A stretch of DNA of 64,000 nt from Cyanidioschyzon merolae (taxonomy: Eukaryota). The stretch is from NCBI GenBank assembly GCA_000091205.1, contig AP006492.2. One strand, written 5' to 3'. The position numbers and the translations under genes are program-made. This document shows, one piece after another, positions 20,677 through 32,900 of the stretch (positions are counted from its first letter, which is position 1; every line of letters starts with the position of its first letter). Under the pieces are notes generated by a model. The model searched no databases. It saw only the letters and a list, made by a program, of their open reading frames with translations, and had not been told where the DNA came from.

Positions 20677-23676
20677 ATGGAGGACAGCAGAGGATCTAGC
20701 GCAGACGCGACTGGACTTTCTACTATGATCAGGGACTTGTCGCTGAACAGTGGTAGCGGGTCGAAACAGAACTCGACTAGCACTGGCGTTGGTGTTGCTG
20801 GTGCCACGGGTGCACCAGCTTCTGGAGAAACCTCAAGTCGCAAGACTTCCCCGATGAGCTACGCCAGCGCAGCCCAACAGTCGGGAGCGGAGAGCGGGGT
20901 ACTTGGTGGCACAGCGGGCGGGCCGTACGCAGCTTCGGCTGCTGCGCAAACCGCACGTGCGCCCTCCGCGAGCAGTACCAGCAGCATCAGCAGCGGCGGC
21001 GGCAGCAAAGGCCCCGGCGGAGCGCTACAGGCCGCTGGGGAGAGCATCCCTCCTGCGCAGAGCGTATCGGGCGCTGGTGCCGCTGGTTTCGGAGACGGAT
21101 CTGTGGCGGGCTTCGCCCTAAACGGTATGAGCTCGTTGCCAGCGAGCGGAGCTACTGCTGTGCCAGCCGCATCAGCGAGCGGAACGGGCGAACTGCCAAA
21201 CGTGTCTCTCTATGTTGGCGATTTGCAGCCAGATGTCGTTGAACAGAACCTTTTCGAGCTGTTTTCCTCCGTCGGACCGGTCGTCTCGGTAAGAGTCTGC
21301 CGCGACGTTGTAACCCGTCGCTCGCTTGGTTACGCGTACGTCAACTTTCAGAACCCAGAAGACGCCGAGAGAGCGATCGATGTCCTGCAGTTCTACGAGG
21401 GGCCGCTCACGAAAAATAAGCCCATTCGGATCATGTGGAAGCGCAGTGATCCTTCGCAACGCCGAAATCCCGAGGGAAATATCTTCATCAAAAATCTCGA
21501 CAAGAGCATTGACAACAAAGCGTTGTACGACACATTCAGCACATTTGGCAAGGTTCTTTCGTGCAAACTTGCGACCGACGACAAAGGCAATTCCTTGGGA
21601 TATGCGTTCGTGCACTACCAGGACGCGAATGTGGCGAAATACGTCATCTCGAAGATGAACGGCATGTTGCTCAACGGACAGAAGGTTTACGTTGGAGAAT
21701 TTCGCCCAAGACGCGAGCGCGAAGCCACTGGGGAATTATCCACCAAGTTCACGAACGTGTACGTCAAAAACTTGGATGAGTCGTTGTGCACGACCGAAGA
21801 GGTGACAAAGCTATTCGCACCATATGGAAACATCACGTCGATTTTCATCCCAACGGAAACCGTTCAGGAGCAGCAACCACACCACGAAGACGAGCACCGT
21901 GCACCTAGTGAAGAAGCGAGCAGCGAAGCGGGTCGCCAGGGTGGCAGCAGCCAAGAGGTCAAGTCGGCGGGCGCCGACCAATCGAATGCGGCACCAGACC
22001 TGGAAACGTCGGAACGGAACGATGGAGCCAAGGCTCCAGAGAATCGTGCGCATGCTCAAAGCGTTGTGCGCGTGCGACCTCGAGGATTTGCCTTTGTCAA
22101 TTTTGAGACGCCCGAGCAGGCAGCTGCAGCTGTAGAGGCTCTGAATGGAATGGAGCTTAACGGAAAGACGCTCTATGTCGGGCGAGCACAGAAGAAAGCC
22201 GAACGCGAGGCGATGCTACGAGCGCAAATGGAGCAGCTGCGCAACGACAGGATGCAGAAACTCCAGGATGTGAACCTTTTCGTGAAAAATCTCTCCGATG
22301 ATGTGGATGAGAATCGCCTCCGAGAAGAGTTCTCCCGCTTTGGCACAATCACCTCGCTGCGTATCATGCGCGATGAAAAGGGCGTGTCGAAAGGGTTCGG
22401 GTTTGTTGCGTTTTCGCACCCTGATGAAGCGATCAAGGCCGTCACTGAAATGAACCAGCGAATTGTCGGTCAGAAGCCGATATACGTGGCCCTCGCGCAA
22501 CGCAAAGACCAAAGAAGAGCACAGATCGAGGCACAGCGAGCGGCGATGATGCGAGCCCAGATGAGCTTCCTTCCGCCTGGCTTGGCTGCATCCATGTACG
22601 TTCCTGGAACTGGCATGCCGACACCTTCGGGTTATCCATATCCGTACGCAGTGCATCCGATGCAGATGCAGATGTCCATGGGCATGAGCCGCGCTATGTC
22701 CGCGATGCCCGGTGGTGCTGCCTCGGGTGCCATGACGTACGGCGGATTCGCAATGCAGCCAAATATGGCGGTTGGAGCATCAGGTATCCCGCGGATGAAT
22801 ATGACCTCGCCGAATATGACGAACGCTGCGCCCGCATCCGCCGGCAGTATTCCAATGGGCGGCCCAAATGCCGCCATGCTGATGCAGGGCCGCATACCCT
22901 ACGCTACCGTGGGATCGCAGCAGCCAATGACGAGCACGCTTGGCTCTGGTCAGGTTCTGCAGAACAGCGGGGCGCCGGGCGCTGTAGTCGGCGTACCCGG
23001 ATCGGCAAACGCCGAAGCAGGTGCCACAGCGGCCGCTTCTGGTCATCCCAACCCGAACTTTGCTGCAAGCGGCGTTGCAGGTCGTGCGGGGCCTCGCCAA
23101 GCGCGAATGGCTGCCCGTATGGGTCCAGCATCTGGCCCGATGCCGGGAGTATCCATGCCAGCCATGGCGTCAGGGTTACCGACCGGCCTGGGTGCACCCG
23201 GCATGGGCTACAAAATGGGTGGCGCGATGCGGGCGCCTCCTGGCGGTACCATGGCGGGTATGGTTGCCATGTCACCAATGACAGCTGGGGCGGGCAACAC
23301 GGTACCGTCCGGTGCCATGGGTAACATGATGATTGGCTCTGCGGCATCGCAGCCGCTCACCGTCCAAATGCTTGCGAATGCGGACCCCAAACAGCAGAAA
23401 CAAATCCTTGGAGAGCGGCTCTATCCACTCGTTTACCAGCAACTTGTGCGTGAGGGTAAGCGAGAGCTCGCTCCGAAAATAACCGGTATGCTTCTGGAGA
23501 TGGACAACTCCGAAGTGCTCCACCTTGTTGAGTCCCCAGAGGCCCTGCAGGAGAAAGTCGAAGAGGCGCTCGAAGTCTTGCAGCAACACCTGGCTAGTTT
23601 ACAGGCCAAGGCCGCTCAGCATACCTCCGCACAACAGGGCTTGTCATCAACAGCGCCGTCAAACTCTAGCGCGTAA
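20677..23676 (+). CDS. PABP: Polyadenylate-binding protein (PABP), 999 aa. It has four RRMs, a C-terminal PABC/MLLE domain, a low-complexity N-terminus, and an expanded Met/Gly/Ala-rich linker.
   Basis: RNP1 motifs LGYAYVNF, LGYAFVHY, RGFAFVNF and KGFGFVAF. RNP2 motifs LYVGDL, IFIKNL, VYVKNL and LFVKNL. MLLE domain: ERLYPLVYQQLV...ITGMLLEMDNSEVLHLVESPEALQEKVEEALEVL. ATG at 20677 and TAA at 23674 were checked. Confidence 0.9.
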   Translation: MEDSRGSSADATGLSTMIRDLSLNSGSGSKQNSTSTGVGVAGATGAPASGETSSRKTSPMSYASAAQQSGAESGVLGGTAGGPYAASAAAQTARAPSASSTSSISSGGGSKGPGGALQAAGESIPPAQSVSGAGAAGFGDGSVAGFALNGMSSLPASGATAVPAASASGTGELPNVSLYVGDLQPDVVEQNLFELFSSVGPVVSVRVCRDVVTRRSLGYAYVNFQNPEDAERAIDVLQFYEGPLTKNKPIRIMWKRSDPSQRRNPEGNIFIKNLDKSIDNKALYDTFSTFGKVLSCKLATDDKGNSLGYAFVHYQDANVAKYVISKMNGMLLNGQKVYVGEFRPRREREATGELSTKFTNVYVKNLDESLCTTEEVTKLFAPYGNITSIFIPTETVQEQQPHHEDEHRAPSEEASSEAGRQGGSSQEVKSAGADQSNAAPDLETSERNDGAKAPENRAHAQSVVRVRPRGFAFVNFETPEQAAAAVEALNGMELNGKTLYVGRAQKKAEREAMLRAQMEQLRNDRMQKLQDVNLFVKNLSDDVDENRLREEFSRFGTITSLRIMRDEKGVSKGFGFVAFSHPDEAIKAVTEMNQRIVGQKPIYVALAQRKDQRRAQIEAQRAAMMRAQMSFLPPGLAASMYVPGTGMPTPSGYPYPYAVHPMQMQMSMGMSRAMSAMPGGAASGAMTYGGFAMQPNMAVGASGIPRMNMTSPNMTNAAPASAGSIPMGGPNAAMLMQGRIPYATVGSQQPMTSTLGSGQVLQNSGAPGAVVGVPGSANAEAGATAAASGHPNPNFAASGVAGRAGPRQARMAARMGPASGPMPGVSMPAMASGLPTGLGAPGMGYKMGGAMRAPPGGTMAGMVAMSPMTAGAGNTVPSGAMGNMMIGSAASQPLTVQMLANADPKQQKQILGERLYPLVYQQLVREGKRELAPKITGMLLEMDNSEVLHLVESPEALQEKVEEALEVLQQHLASLQAKAAQHTSAQQGLSSTAPSNSSA

Positions 23677-24699
23677 ATCCATCTGTTTCCGTCTCGCGTA
23701 TTCGTTTGTGCACGACCGGTCGAGGTTTCGGGGACAAGCGCGCACGTTTCGATGTGTGCGTACGCGTCCAGTCGTCCGCGGCCTCAGCGGAGCATCGCGT
23801 GAGCCGCCCGATGTCGCAGCGTCGTCACGAGACGCGGTCTTGCGTCGCAGCATCGATCTTCATAGCGCGCACACACACACATATAGACGTAAAACCTCCA
23901 CCCAGTCGGGCTCGTGTGCATTTCGCGCGAAAGGTTCTGGATCCGTGTCGCGCGTGCACCCAAAGTCACTGCTGTATCGGGCGATTGGGCTCGTTTCGCG
24001 GCTTTCTGCAACGCGTAGTCATCCGAATTACAGCAGGAAATTTCGCTGAATATAACACAAGTTCTCAGTCAAAGTCCTTGATCATATGAGGCGTACCAAT
24101 GCTGCACAGCATGCTGGTGCCTCGTCCAGCGCATTCACTGATCCATGGTGTCCAGATTCCGCGCTTTGAATGCCCACGAACGTTGCATACCACGCATGGA
24201 GTCGCTGTCTAGCGATTGCGCACAGAACGTACACGCGCTTGGAGAGCGAGTGCACCCCAAACCCGGCAACACCTTCGACTTTGCGTGCTTCGACCAAGCA
24301 TGACCAGAAGGAAAATCCTGCAGCCGCTGACTCTGGAGGCGCTTGCGTTCCATATTCATGCACGTTCAGGCCGCCAAATCAAGAATCCCATGCTCATCAG
24401 AGACTCCTTTCTCACGAGCAGTGACCCAGACGGGCATTGATGTTCGTCAGGTGCTCGTATCGCGCGGGCACCGGACGCGTGCGTGGAGCCGCTTTACCGT
24501 CGCGATGCTTAAACTTGATGAAAACAGTACCAGCATCGCCCTACGATACCCTGTTCGCCACGTATTGGAACGGGCCATCAGCGCGTCCAGTACGCAGCAT
24601 CACCTTGTTTCACTTGTCCAGAATCTTCAAGTTCCAATGAGATGCACGCACGCACGCATCGATACGTGTAATGTGAGTGCGTATCCATGCACTCTACAC

Positions 24700-25275
24700 T
24701 ACTTACGATCGACGTTAAAAGAAGGGAAAACGTTTCCATATTGTCGAAAGTTTACGTTCTTGGTGGGATGTCCCGCGAGCCGGACGAGTCAGCCCGGCTA
24801 GTGCTTGATGCTTCCACCAGTGGCAGGTGCTGTGGCAAGACCTGCGCAGCTCGACCGCAACGCATTTCATTCTGAGACCTTGAGCAGGTTGCTACGTCTG
24901 GGCGTCGCCCTGGTCACAGCAGACTTGTCGTACATCGCTTCGCGCTGCCGCAGGCAGTACGTCTGTGTGCGCAACTTGCAGGCTCCCGGAATGATAATTA
25001 GCCGTGATTCCGTGTCAGGTGTAGGATTCCACGAGCCGACGCCCTCTGTGGTACGGCAAAGCCGTTCTATCCCTGTGCAGCTTCTGCTTCAGCGGTATAC
25101 GCGCTACGACGGGTGCAACAAGGCAGGCACTCGGCACACGATAGGACGTATGAAACGACCAGCATATCCGAGAGGAAGTATGGGTAATGGAACTTGAAGG
25201 TAGGTGGTTCATCATGGACGCTTTCCCGAAAGCCATTATCCATTCCGAATTCTGGTATCCATGGTCAATCTAAAT
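24700..25275 (+). repeat. Short LINE-3'-region-related repeat (SINE-like family), copy 2 of 3
   Basis: Same head, internal blocks and tail as the copies at 8700 and 49256. Confidence 0.55.
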
Positions 25276-25636
25276 GTTTTGTCTTCTGAGACAAAATCGA
25301 TACGTGTACGCATGCGTCTGTGCACCAAGTGTCGCTGTTGACGACATCACTAAGCGCCTGGGGGCGGGCACAGCGCGCACGCCGCCGCTCCGTGAGCGCG
25401 TGCGTGCTTCGACGCGCGTGCGTGTGTCCATCGACGCTTCACGCATTATCTCCGGCGGATCGAGTGTTTCCACTGCGAGCGCTCGCTTGCTAGCGCTAGT
25501 TTACGCAGTATACGGCGGCTTGTTGAAGAAGCTTTTTTTGTACTGGAACGTGAAGCGTTTATTATCGAGTTGGGGAAATAGTTTTTTTTTTTTTGTTTTC
25601 TAGGACTTGTCGAAGTGTAACTTGACCGAGCGCAGC

Positions 25637-27709
25637 ATGGCATTGAAACACGAGGTCTTCCAGCGGGCTGTGCTCGAGTCGCACGTGGAACCGGAGCGCG
25701 TTCGTTTGCTGAACCAGTGCACTCCGAATACTGCGACTGGGACGTACGTGTTGTACTGGTGTACGCGGTCGCCGAGGGCGGTTCACAATGAGGCTCTTGA
25801 GGTTGCCAAGTCGCTTGCGCGCCTCGTGCGTCTGCCGCTGGTTTGTTTGAACGTCATCGATCTGGAAGAGGCACTGGAAGGGTCTCTTCGACACGTGCTT
25901 TTTCAATTAGAAGGGCTTGTGGACTTTAAGAGGGGGCTCGTGAAGCGCCATGGTCTCTCCCCAGACGCTATACATACGAGGCTGGATCCCGCTTTGAGCG
26001 TGGTTACCCGGCTGGACCCGACGGGAGCCTCTTCCGCAACGAGCAGAACTGGCGAGGAGAGCGTCCCGTACACACCTGAGAGTCCGCCGGCATCCACAAC
26101 GATTGTCGGTGGTCTGAGCGTTCTCGGTGGTGCAGCTCCAGCGCTAGTGGGCGGGCGAGAAGCCCCTGTCACACCACAAATATGCAGCTTCGAGGGCTTT
26201 GCTTCTCGCGCGTATGCTATCGTCACGGATCGCGGGCACTTGCGCTACCAGCGGGCTCGAGCGGCGCGCGTTGCAGCGCTCGCAGGGCGTCCTCTGTTAG
26301 AAGTCGAGACGTCGTTGATTGTTCCAGTTGAGACTGCTAGTGTTCGCGAGGAAGTGGTCGCGTCAACTTTTCTGGACCGCATGGGCAGCGGTCTCGGAGA
26401 GCGATACTTGCATGAGCTGCGCCCGAGCCCGCCCCTGGAACCCGCACCTGCAAACGTCTTAGCAGACCTGCATACGCTCGGGTACTGGCCGTTCCCTCAG
26501 GTTGATCAGGGCTGGTCTGCGGAGACGTGGCTCTCGTCTGTGAATCGCACCCACTTGCTGGAGGTACTGCGGTACCACGGCGTCGACTGTGATGCGCCGA
26601 TTATCAGCGCCTCGGCGTATCGAGGCGGTGAGACAGCTGCTCGCCGCTTGCTCTCAGTGTTTGTCGCACGCAAACTTTATGGCTACGCGGTCAAAGCAGA
26701 GCACCAAAATGAGGCGCTTCGGGCGGAGTATGGCTCCCTGCTTTCTCCTTACCTGACTTTTGGGCACATTTCTCCTGTCTACGTGGCGATCAAAGTTCAC
26801 CGCGCAGCCGCGGAGCGCGAACTCGACGAGCACGGTGGGCGTATGCGAGCCTGCGACAGCGCCGAACGGGTCGTGGCCTCTCTGGAAAAACACCATGGCG
26901 AGGATACGGGTGACTCGGGGGAATCTTTTCCCTCGCAGGCGGGGACGGCATCGCCTGGGTGCACGAGCGAGGAGGCTTTTCTTTTAGGCAGTGCATCCTC
27001 GATGTTGAGCATCGGCTCGTCAGCCAAACGGACCCTGACAACTGCTGATACCCTGACGCTTCGTGCGGCAGTTGAGATAGCCTCGCAGCAGCCTGATGTT
27101 CGCAAGTTTATGGAAAACATGTATCGGCGAGAGCTCGCGTACAATTTCGTGATGTACAACAAGCGTTACGATTCGTTCGATGGCGCGGTGCCGGTCTGGG
27201 CACGCCGCTCGCTCTACGACCGAGCGTCGCGGCGCACCAGCCACTACCAGTACTCCGAGACGGACTGGTACAATGCCCGGACACATAATATGCGCTGGAA
27301 CGCTGTGCAGCGTGAGTTGTTAACACGAGGTCGCAATATCTGCCGTGATCGCAATTACTGGTGCCAAAAAATCCTTGAATACGAAAATGATCCTGCACAT
27401 GCGTTTGAGCTGGCGATTCGCATTAACAACCACTTGATGCTGGACGCCAACGATCCCGTTGGATACGCGACCTGTGCGCAATGTTTCGGGCGCTGGCAAC
27501 AGCCGGTGACCCGCGCATCTACGTTTCCAGGCAGGGATCGAGATCCAGCGCCGGAAGCAGCGTTTGGCGAACAACTTGGCCTCGTACCGGAATTATACAC
27601 ATTGCGAACGGATGAGCAATGGAGAGCTGCAGAGACGCTCGCTGAAATGATCGACCAGCGGCTTGAAATCGTTCCCATACCCGAAAACGACACCGTAGAC
27701 GCGTATTAA
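25637..27709 (+). CDS. PHR: Class II CPD photolyase (deoxyribodipyrimidine photolyase) with long lineage-specific insertions
   Basis: N-terminus VLYWCTRSPRAVHNEALEVAKSLA. C-terminal FAD-binding region ELAYNFVMYNKRYDSFDGAVPVWARRSL...WNAVQRELLTRGRNICRDRNYWCQKILEYENDPAHAFELAIRINNHLMLDANDPVGYATCAQCFG. The track start at 25607 is TTG. The first ATG is at 25637. Confidence 0.8.
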   Translation: MALKHEVFQRAVLESHVEPERVRLLNQCTPNTATGTYVLYWCTRSPRAVHNEALEVAKSLARLVRLPLVCLNVIDLEEALEGSLRHVLFQLEGLVDFKRGLVKRHGLSPDAIHTRLDPALSVVTRLDPTGASSATSRTGEESVPYTPESPPASTTIVGGLSVLGGAAPALVGGREAPVTPQICSFEGFASRAYAIVTDRGHLRYQRARAARVAALAGRPLLEVETSLIVPVETASVREEVVASTFLDRMGSGLGERYLHELRPSPPLEPAPANVLADLHTLGYWPFPQVDQGWSAETWLSSVNRTHLLEVLRYHGVDCDAPIISASAYRGGETAARRLLSVFVARKLYGYAVKAEHQNEALRAEYGSLLSPYLTFGHISPVYVAIKVHRAAAERELDEHGGRMRACDSAERVVASLEKHHGEDTGDSGESFPSQAGTASPGCTSEEAFLLGSASSMLSIGSSAKRTLTTADTLTLRAAVEIASQQPDVRKFMENMYRRELAYNFVMYNKRYDSFDGAVPVWARRSLYDRASRRTSHYQYSETDWYNARTHNMRWNAVQRELLTRGRNICRDRNYWCQKILEYENDPAHAFELAIRINNHLMLDANDPVGYATCAQCFGRWQQPVTRASTFPGRDRDPAPEAAFGEQLGLVPELYTLRTDEQWRAAETLAEMIDQRLEIVPIPENDTVDAY

Positions 27710-28403
27710 CTTTTCTCGTGGTGCCACTACGCAGATCCTTCAAGAAAGCGCGCACCACTCTAGAGCCCTGTGCACGAAAGAGTGTTTGGCGACCACGCCG
27801 TAGGAAGCACTGGAGCACGGGCGCTCGCAACCCACACAGCAGCTTTATCGCGGGCCCCCTTTCTTTGCGTGCATTCGACCTTTTGATGCCCTTTAGAATG
27901 ACCGAACGGAATGGGGATGTCGAATGTGACGAGGTCACTGTTTGAAACGCATTCCATGTCTGCGGAGTTGGCGTTCGACGAAGAGAACTCACACAACATC
28001 TGACCGTTCAGGGGCCCGCCGTGCGCCTCTCAAATCGAATAGCTGCTTTTGATGATGGACATTATGGTTTAAAACCTCGAGCACTAACTAAATGAACTGC
28101 GATCAGAGCCTATCGAGCATAGGCGGCAGGCGCGATGCCCAGCACATGTCCGGGACCAAAGTTTTCGATTCGTCCCTACGCGACCTTGCATGGGTACAAG
28201 CGCATTCGCGAAGCCCGCACGGTCTCTTTGGACCCGCGTTCGTGTCAGGACGCTGGCATCCACCAACGCTTATAAGCGTCGAGTGGCAACTCCGTGGGGA
28301 GACACGCGCAAGCAACCGACGAAGGCTCGAGTGCAACATCAATATGCCGACGTGCCTCTAAAGTGCGAGCTTCCGTGCCCGGCGGCGCCCCGAGCGCACA
28401 AAT

Positions 28404-28802
28404 CTACGACTCTACGGGCTCGAGCCGACCAAGCGCGTTGGCGACACGAATGTCAAGTGCTGCAGCGCGTTTGACAATCGCTGCTCTCTTACGAGCAGAC
28501 ACGCTGTGTGCAATCACCGCGCAGTACCTTCTATTGTGCATCAAGAGGCACTCCAGATCCTTCGAGTTGTGAACTAGGAACGGAAAGAATCCACTTGGCA
28601 GCATATGACGCGTTTTCCTCGCTGATCCGTACCCGATGTTCGGCATCAGCGTTTTGCCGTTAAACCTGCGTCGAACCGCGGAGTCGATGCCTTTCGGTCG
28701 GCGCCAGGACTCTTTCACTCGTTTAAAACGGTCCGATTGATGACGCCGAAAGCGCTTTGTCCTTTTTTTCACAACGCGGACGTGCTCAAGTGGTTCCGGC
28801 AT
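28404..28802 (-). CDS. RPL32: 60S ribosomal protein L32 (eL32)
   Basis: [112 protein letters not shown] used the internal ATG at 28802 that matches the eL32 N-terminus. The stop is TAG. Confidence 0.85.
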   Translation of the reverse strand: MPEPLEHVRVVKKRTKRFRRHQSDRFKRVKESWRRPKGIDSAVRRRFNGKTLMPNIGYGSARKTRHMLPSGFFPFLVHNSKDLECLLMHNRRYCAVIAHSVSARKRAAIVKRAAALDIRVANALGRLEPVES

Positions 28803-29966
28803 CCTACAAAACTTCTGGTCCTTCGGCTTTGTCGAGACGCGCTCGCTGCGTAAACAAGGCACGGGCAACGAGCCTAGCGTCGACGCCTGACCGCTCAGCG
28901 CAATGGCGCTGCGTGCGACGCGCGTGCTTGGTGTCGACGAGGCGGCGCTCCGGATTCTGTATCAATAGGTACAAATTGTGCCTTTCCCTGACGAATACCG
29001 GTCGATCGACGACGCGCACGTGTATCCGATCAGCGTGGCGTACTGACCCGCTCGCACGGTGGCTACCCTGAAGGGTTTTTACAATTTTCTCCATGTCGAT
29101 ATCCTGGACATTCCAAGTACAAAAAAGCTCTTATGAATTCATAGGTAGTTCCAGGATGCTCGTTGGTTTTTTTGGAGTGGCTCCTTCGATACGTTCCCAG
29201 TGGAATTCGTCATGGCATTCGAATCAAGGGCCTTCGCGAATGCATCGATCAGGGATTCGTGAAGTACCCGATTTCATGATCCAATGCATATGCACAGGCT
29301 CCCATGCGTTCCATTTTACGCCGTACGACATGTTCAAATGACGGATGCTTCAAATTTTCGATCTTTGGTTTTCAAGGCAACTCGTGGGTGCAGCAAATCG
29401 CGCAGCGCGATGAACGATCCAACATTCTCGATGACGTTCCGCGACGGCGCATTCACACGCTCATACCGAAAGGTCACAGAACTCGTCATGTCAAATTATG
29501 GATTCTGTTCGAAAGATGAATCCTCACCTCTTTGATGGCATTGACGAAACGGAATACCCCAGCAGTAGCTCGGTGCGACTCACGGGCTAAGCTCCGAGAG
29601 GCTCCCGCCTGTGCTCTTTCCACACGCAGAAAGAATCTTGGAGTCAGACTTGCGCACGTGATCGTAGCGACAGCATCGAGTGGCGCATGCGTCACTGCAT
29701 TCCAAGAAGGGTGCGTAGACGGATAGGATTTTGTCGATTTGTTTTTTGGCCGGGATTTTCCTTTCGAAACTTGTATCATCAGAGACAAAACCGCATGCCA
29801 CATATCGTCTGCGGATTCGAAGCGTGAACGCTTGCGCATGCAGGGCGCAGCGTGCACCCGCGCCGAGGACATTGCTCAGAGGAAGCCCGTGGTCGAAGTA
29901 TATGGCACCGGTCGCGGAAACGGAGGGCGGCATTGAGACGAGCTTCCTCTACCCGTCATGGGCGGG

Positions 29967-32900
29967 TTTTTTCCATTGACAAAACGTTTACTTAGGCCAG
30001 CGTTCTCCGATTACGCGCATTTTTCTTTTCTTACTCTTTTTTTGTGTTTTTTTCAGAGCGAGTTGGGGTATCCATCAACCCCCTACCTCCATGTTACATT
30101 ACCTATACTTCGTCTCGGATATTCTGGTCGTTTCATACATCCTATCGTGTGTGCCTAGTACCTGCCGTTCCGTATCCTCCTTTGTGCCTGAACCGCTGGA
30201 GCAGATAGGTCATAGAGCTAGAACAGCTTTTCTATACCACAAAGGGCGTCGGCTCGAGGTGTGCTTCACCCGACGTAGAATCGGGTCTCGTCGTCAGTTT
30301 GTGCTCGGACAGTCTGCGGATGCAGGCTTGTCTTCGCTGCACGACACGCTGGAGAAACTTGGCTGTTAGGATATATCGTGGGAGCCGCCTCTCTCCTTCG
30401 TGATCATGCATGGAATGCGTTGTCGCCGGTTGGAAATGCGGATTTGTGCTTGACGCTCACCACAGTGGATAGGCGCAGAAAGCATACTAAACCCGTGTGC
30501 GCGTCCGATTCGCTAGACCTTCCGCTTGGAAGGTAGCACGTGAGTCTGTTGGCCACTCATGAGCGCTGAGGCTCGGTTAGCGGACCATCAGTTGCCAGTG
30601 CTGCAGTCAAAGTGAGTGTCCGGCCTTCGGCTATCATGGTGATGCCCAGCTGCTGCTGTCCTTCAAGGAGCTCGCTGCGCTCCTGCTTCCAGCGCGGGCA
30701 CTGTAAGCCTAAATATGTCAGCGTCTCGGGGGTCTCGTTTCCGCAGCAGGAACAGTGTGACTCCCAGTGCGATTCCAGTGTCCCTATATGGTTTAGAGCC
30801 GGTGCCGCTAGCCAGAAGCCACCAACGCGGATTTTGGCGAGCCACTGGGTACCTCGAGCAAGTCCTGGGAATTCCAGCGCCTCCCACCAGTACTTGCATG
30901 TGTATGCTAGGTTGTAGTTCCGGTATAGAGTCAAGCCGGCGTTACGGGCCCGACTGGTTCCGTGTCTACGTTCCCATATTGTTGTTTGGACCGTTCGCTT
31001 GAGGCAGCGGGAGCCTTGTACATTCCTGGGGAACGATTGGGGAGCGTGTTGTCTCCTAAGAGGCGCTTCAGCCAAATCTGCGTCGATTTCATCCAAGTGT
31101 TCTTGCGGTGCGTTGGGGTCTGCATGGATATCCGATCGAACCAGGTGTTCATAGTTGGCCCTTTGCCCCATATGCGTGCCCGGCAACCTGCTGCTGTCGC
31201 TTCTGTCGAGGCTATTTGGAGTTCAAGTCCGAGTGCCAGCGCGGTGGTTGCTCTGCTCTACATTGAGCATCCAACAGCAACAACGAGTCGCATTGCCATG
31301 TTGGCGGCTATCTGCAGACGTGAGGCATTTGTGTGGTTCATGCCGCACCACTCAACACCCCAGGTCGCAGGCTGGGTGATACACATCCTTAGTGCCCTCG
31401 TACGAATTGCTATGCGGATAGAGGGGTCGGATGGGAATGGACGTGCGATCGCTGTACGTCTATGCATCTTGGCGATTATCTCGTCGACGTGTGCCTTTTC
31501 GTCGAGCGTCGGCGTGAGACAGACCCTCCAGGTAGCGATATTTTTCCACGATCGGAATTTCCTGATTCTGCAACCGCCACGAGCGATTGCGAATGCGCTG
31601 CGAGTCTCCATGGATGAGCATGACGCCGCACTTCGATACTCCTATGCTCATCTCCGAGCGATCGGCCCGGGCGCTGACTTGTTCCATGCTACCCGCAAGC
31701 GTTTCCGGGGCGGGTGCCAACAGCACGGCTTCGTCCGCAACTAGACGGCCTGCGAGGCGGTTCCTATGTGAGGGCTCCTCACCGGGCATCTCCACAGTCT
31801 ATCCACGGCACCTCAAGCCCGTATTGTCTGCAGTTGTTAAGCAGATCGTTGATGAAGATGTTGAAAAGGAGCGGGGATGCGGGGTCGCCCTGCCGCAGTC
31901 CACGGCGGATTCTTCTGGAAGGGGTTCTTGAGCGGTCGCCCAGTCGGATGCGCATCCACGAGTCTGCATAGAGCGCACGGAAGAACGCCAAGCACTTTCC
32001 GGAGACTCCGGCTCGTTCCATCTTCAGAAATGGAGCCTCGTGCGGGACCGTGTCAAAGGCCTTTTGAAAGTCGGTGAAGCATACGTAAGCTGGTTGTTGG
32101 CCGCTAATGGAGCAACGTTGCACCCTTCAATGAGGGTCAGGGCATGGCTCATGCACTCCTCGTGGCTCCGGAATCCAGCCTGTTCTGGGACGAGGAACTT
32201 GCGTTCCTGGAGGCCTCTCTGAGTCCGGTTCGTGGGAATGGCGCAAAGTAGCTTCATGATTGACGGGATGAGGCGCATAGTCCGGTAGTTGTTCATGTCT
32301 GTGTGGGAGTCCTTTTTGAGGACCGGTACGACCTCGGCAGTCCTCCATACATCCGGGATGTACGCCTCTTCGAACATGCGTTGGATGAGCTCCACAAGGC
32401 GTTTGCCTAAGCTTGTGTCAGATTCATCTGGTATTGATGGTGTCCCTGTTGTCCCGTCTTTTGGGGTCACCAGTTTCATCCACTCCGCAGGGATACCGTC
32501 GATGCCAGGTGTTTTGCGGTTGCTTGAGCATAGCACGGTCCGAACAGATTCAGGCCAGAAGATTGGGTCGTTCCATTCCGGTACCGGTTCGAGGCGCGGT
32601 AGTTCTGCAGCATATTGGTGCCAATAGATTCTGTCTTGGCAGTGCCCAGTTGCGTCTTCATGCAGCTCTGTGCCGTGGTCCGTCCAGGCCTCATTCACTG
32701 AGGCACGCTCCGTCCTCAGCGCTTCCTCATAAACGACTGGTGTGAGCCCCAGGCACTTTTTTGGTGGGTCCAGTCTCGATCGAATGTAGCGCCAGGTCTC
32801 ATCTTCGTTGGTGCTCTCTAGCATAGATTTCGCCAGGGAGGCGATTTTGCGGGTTCGATCCTCTCGTTTGTCTTCTCTGGAAAGTTTCTTCTTTCTTTTG

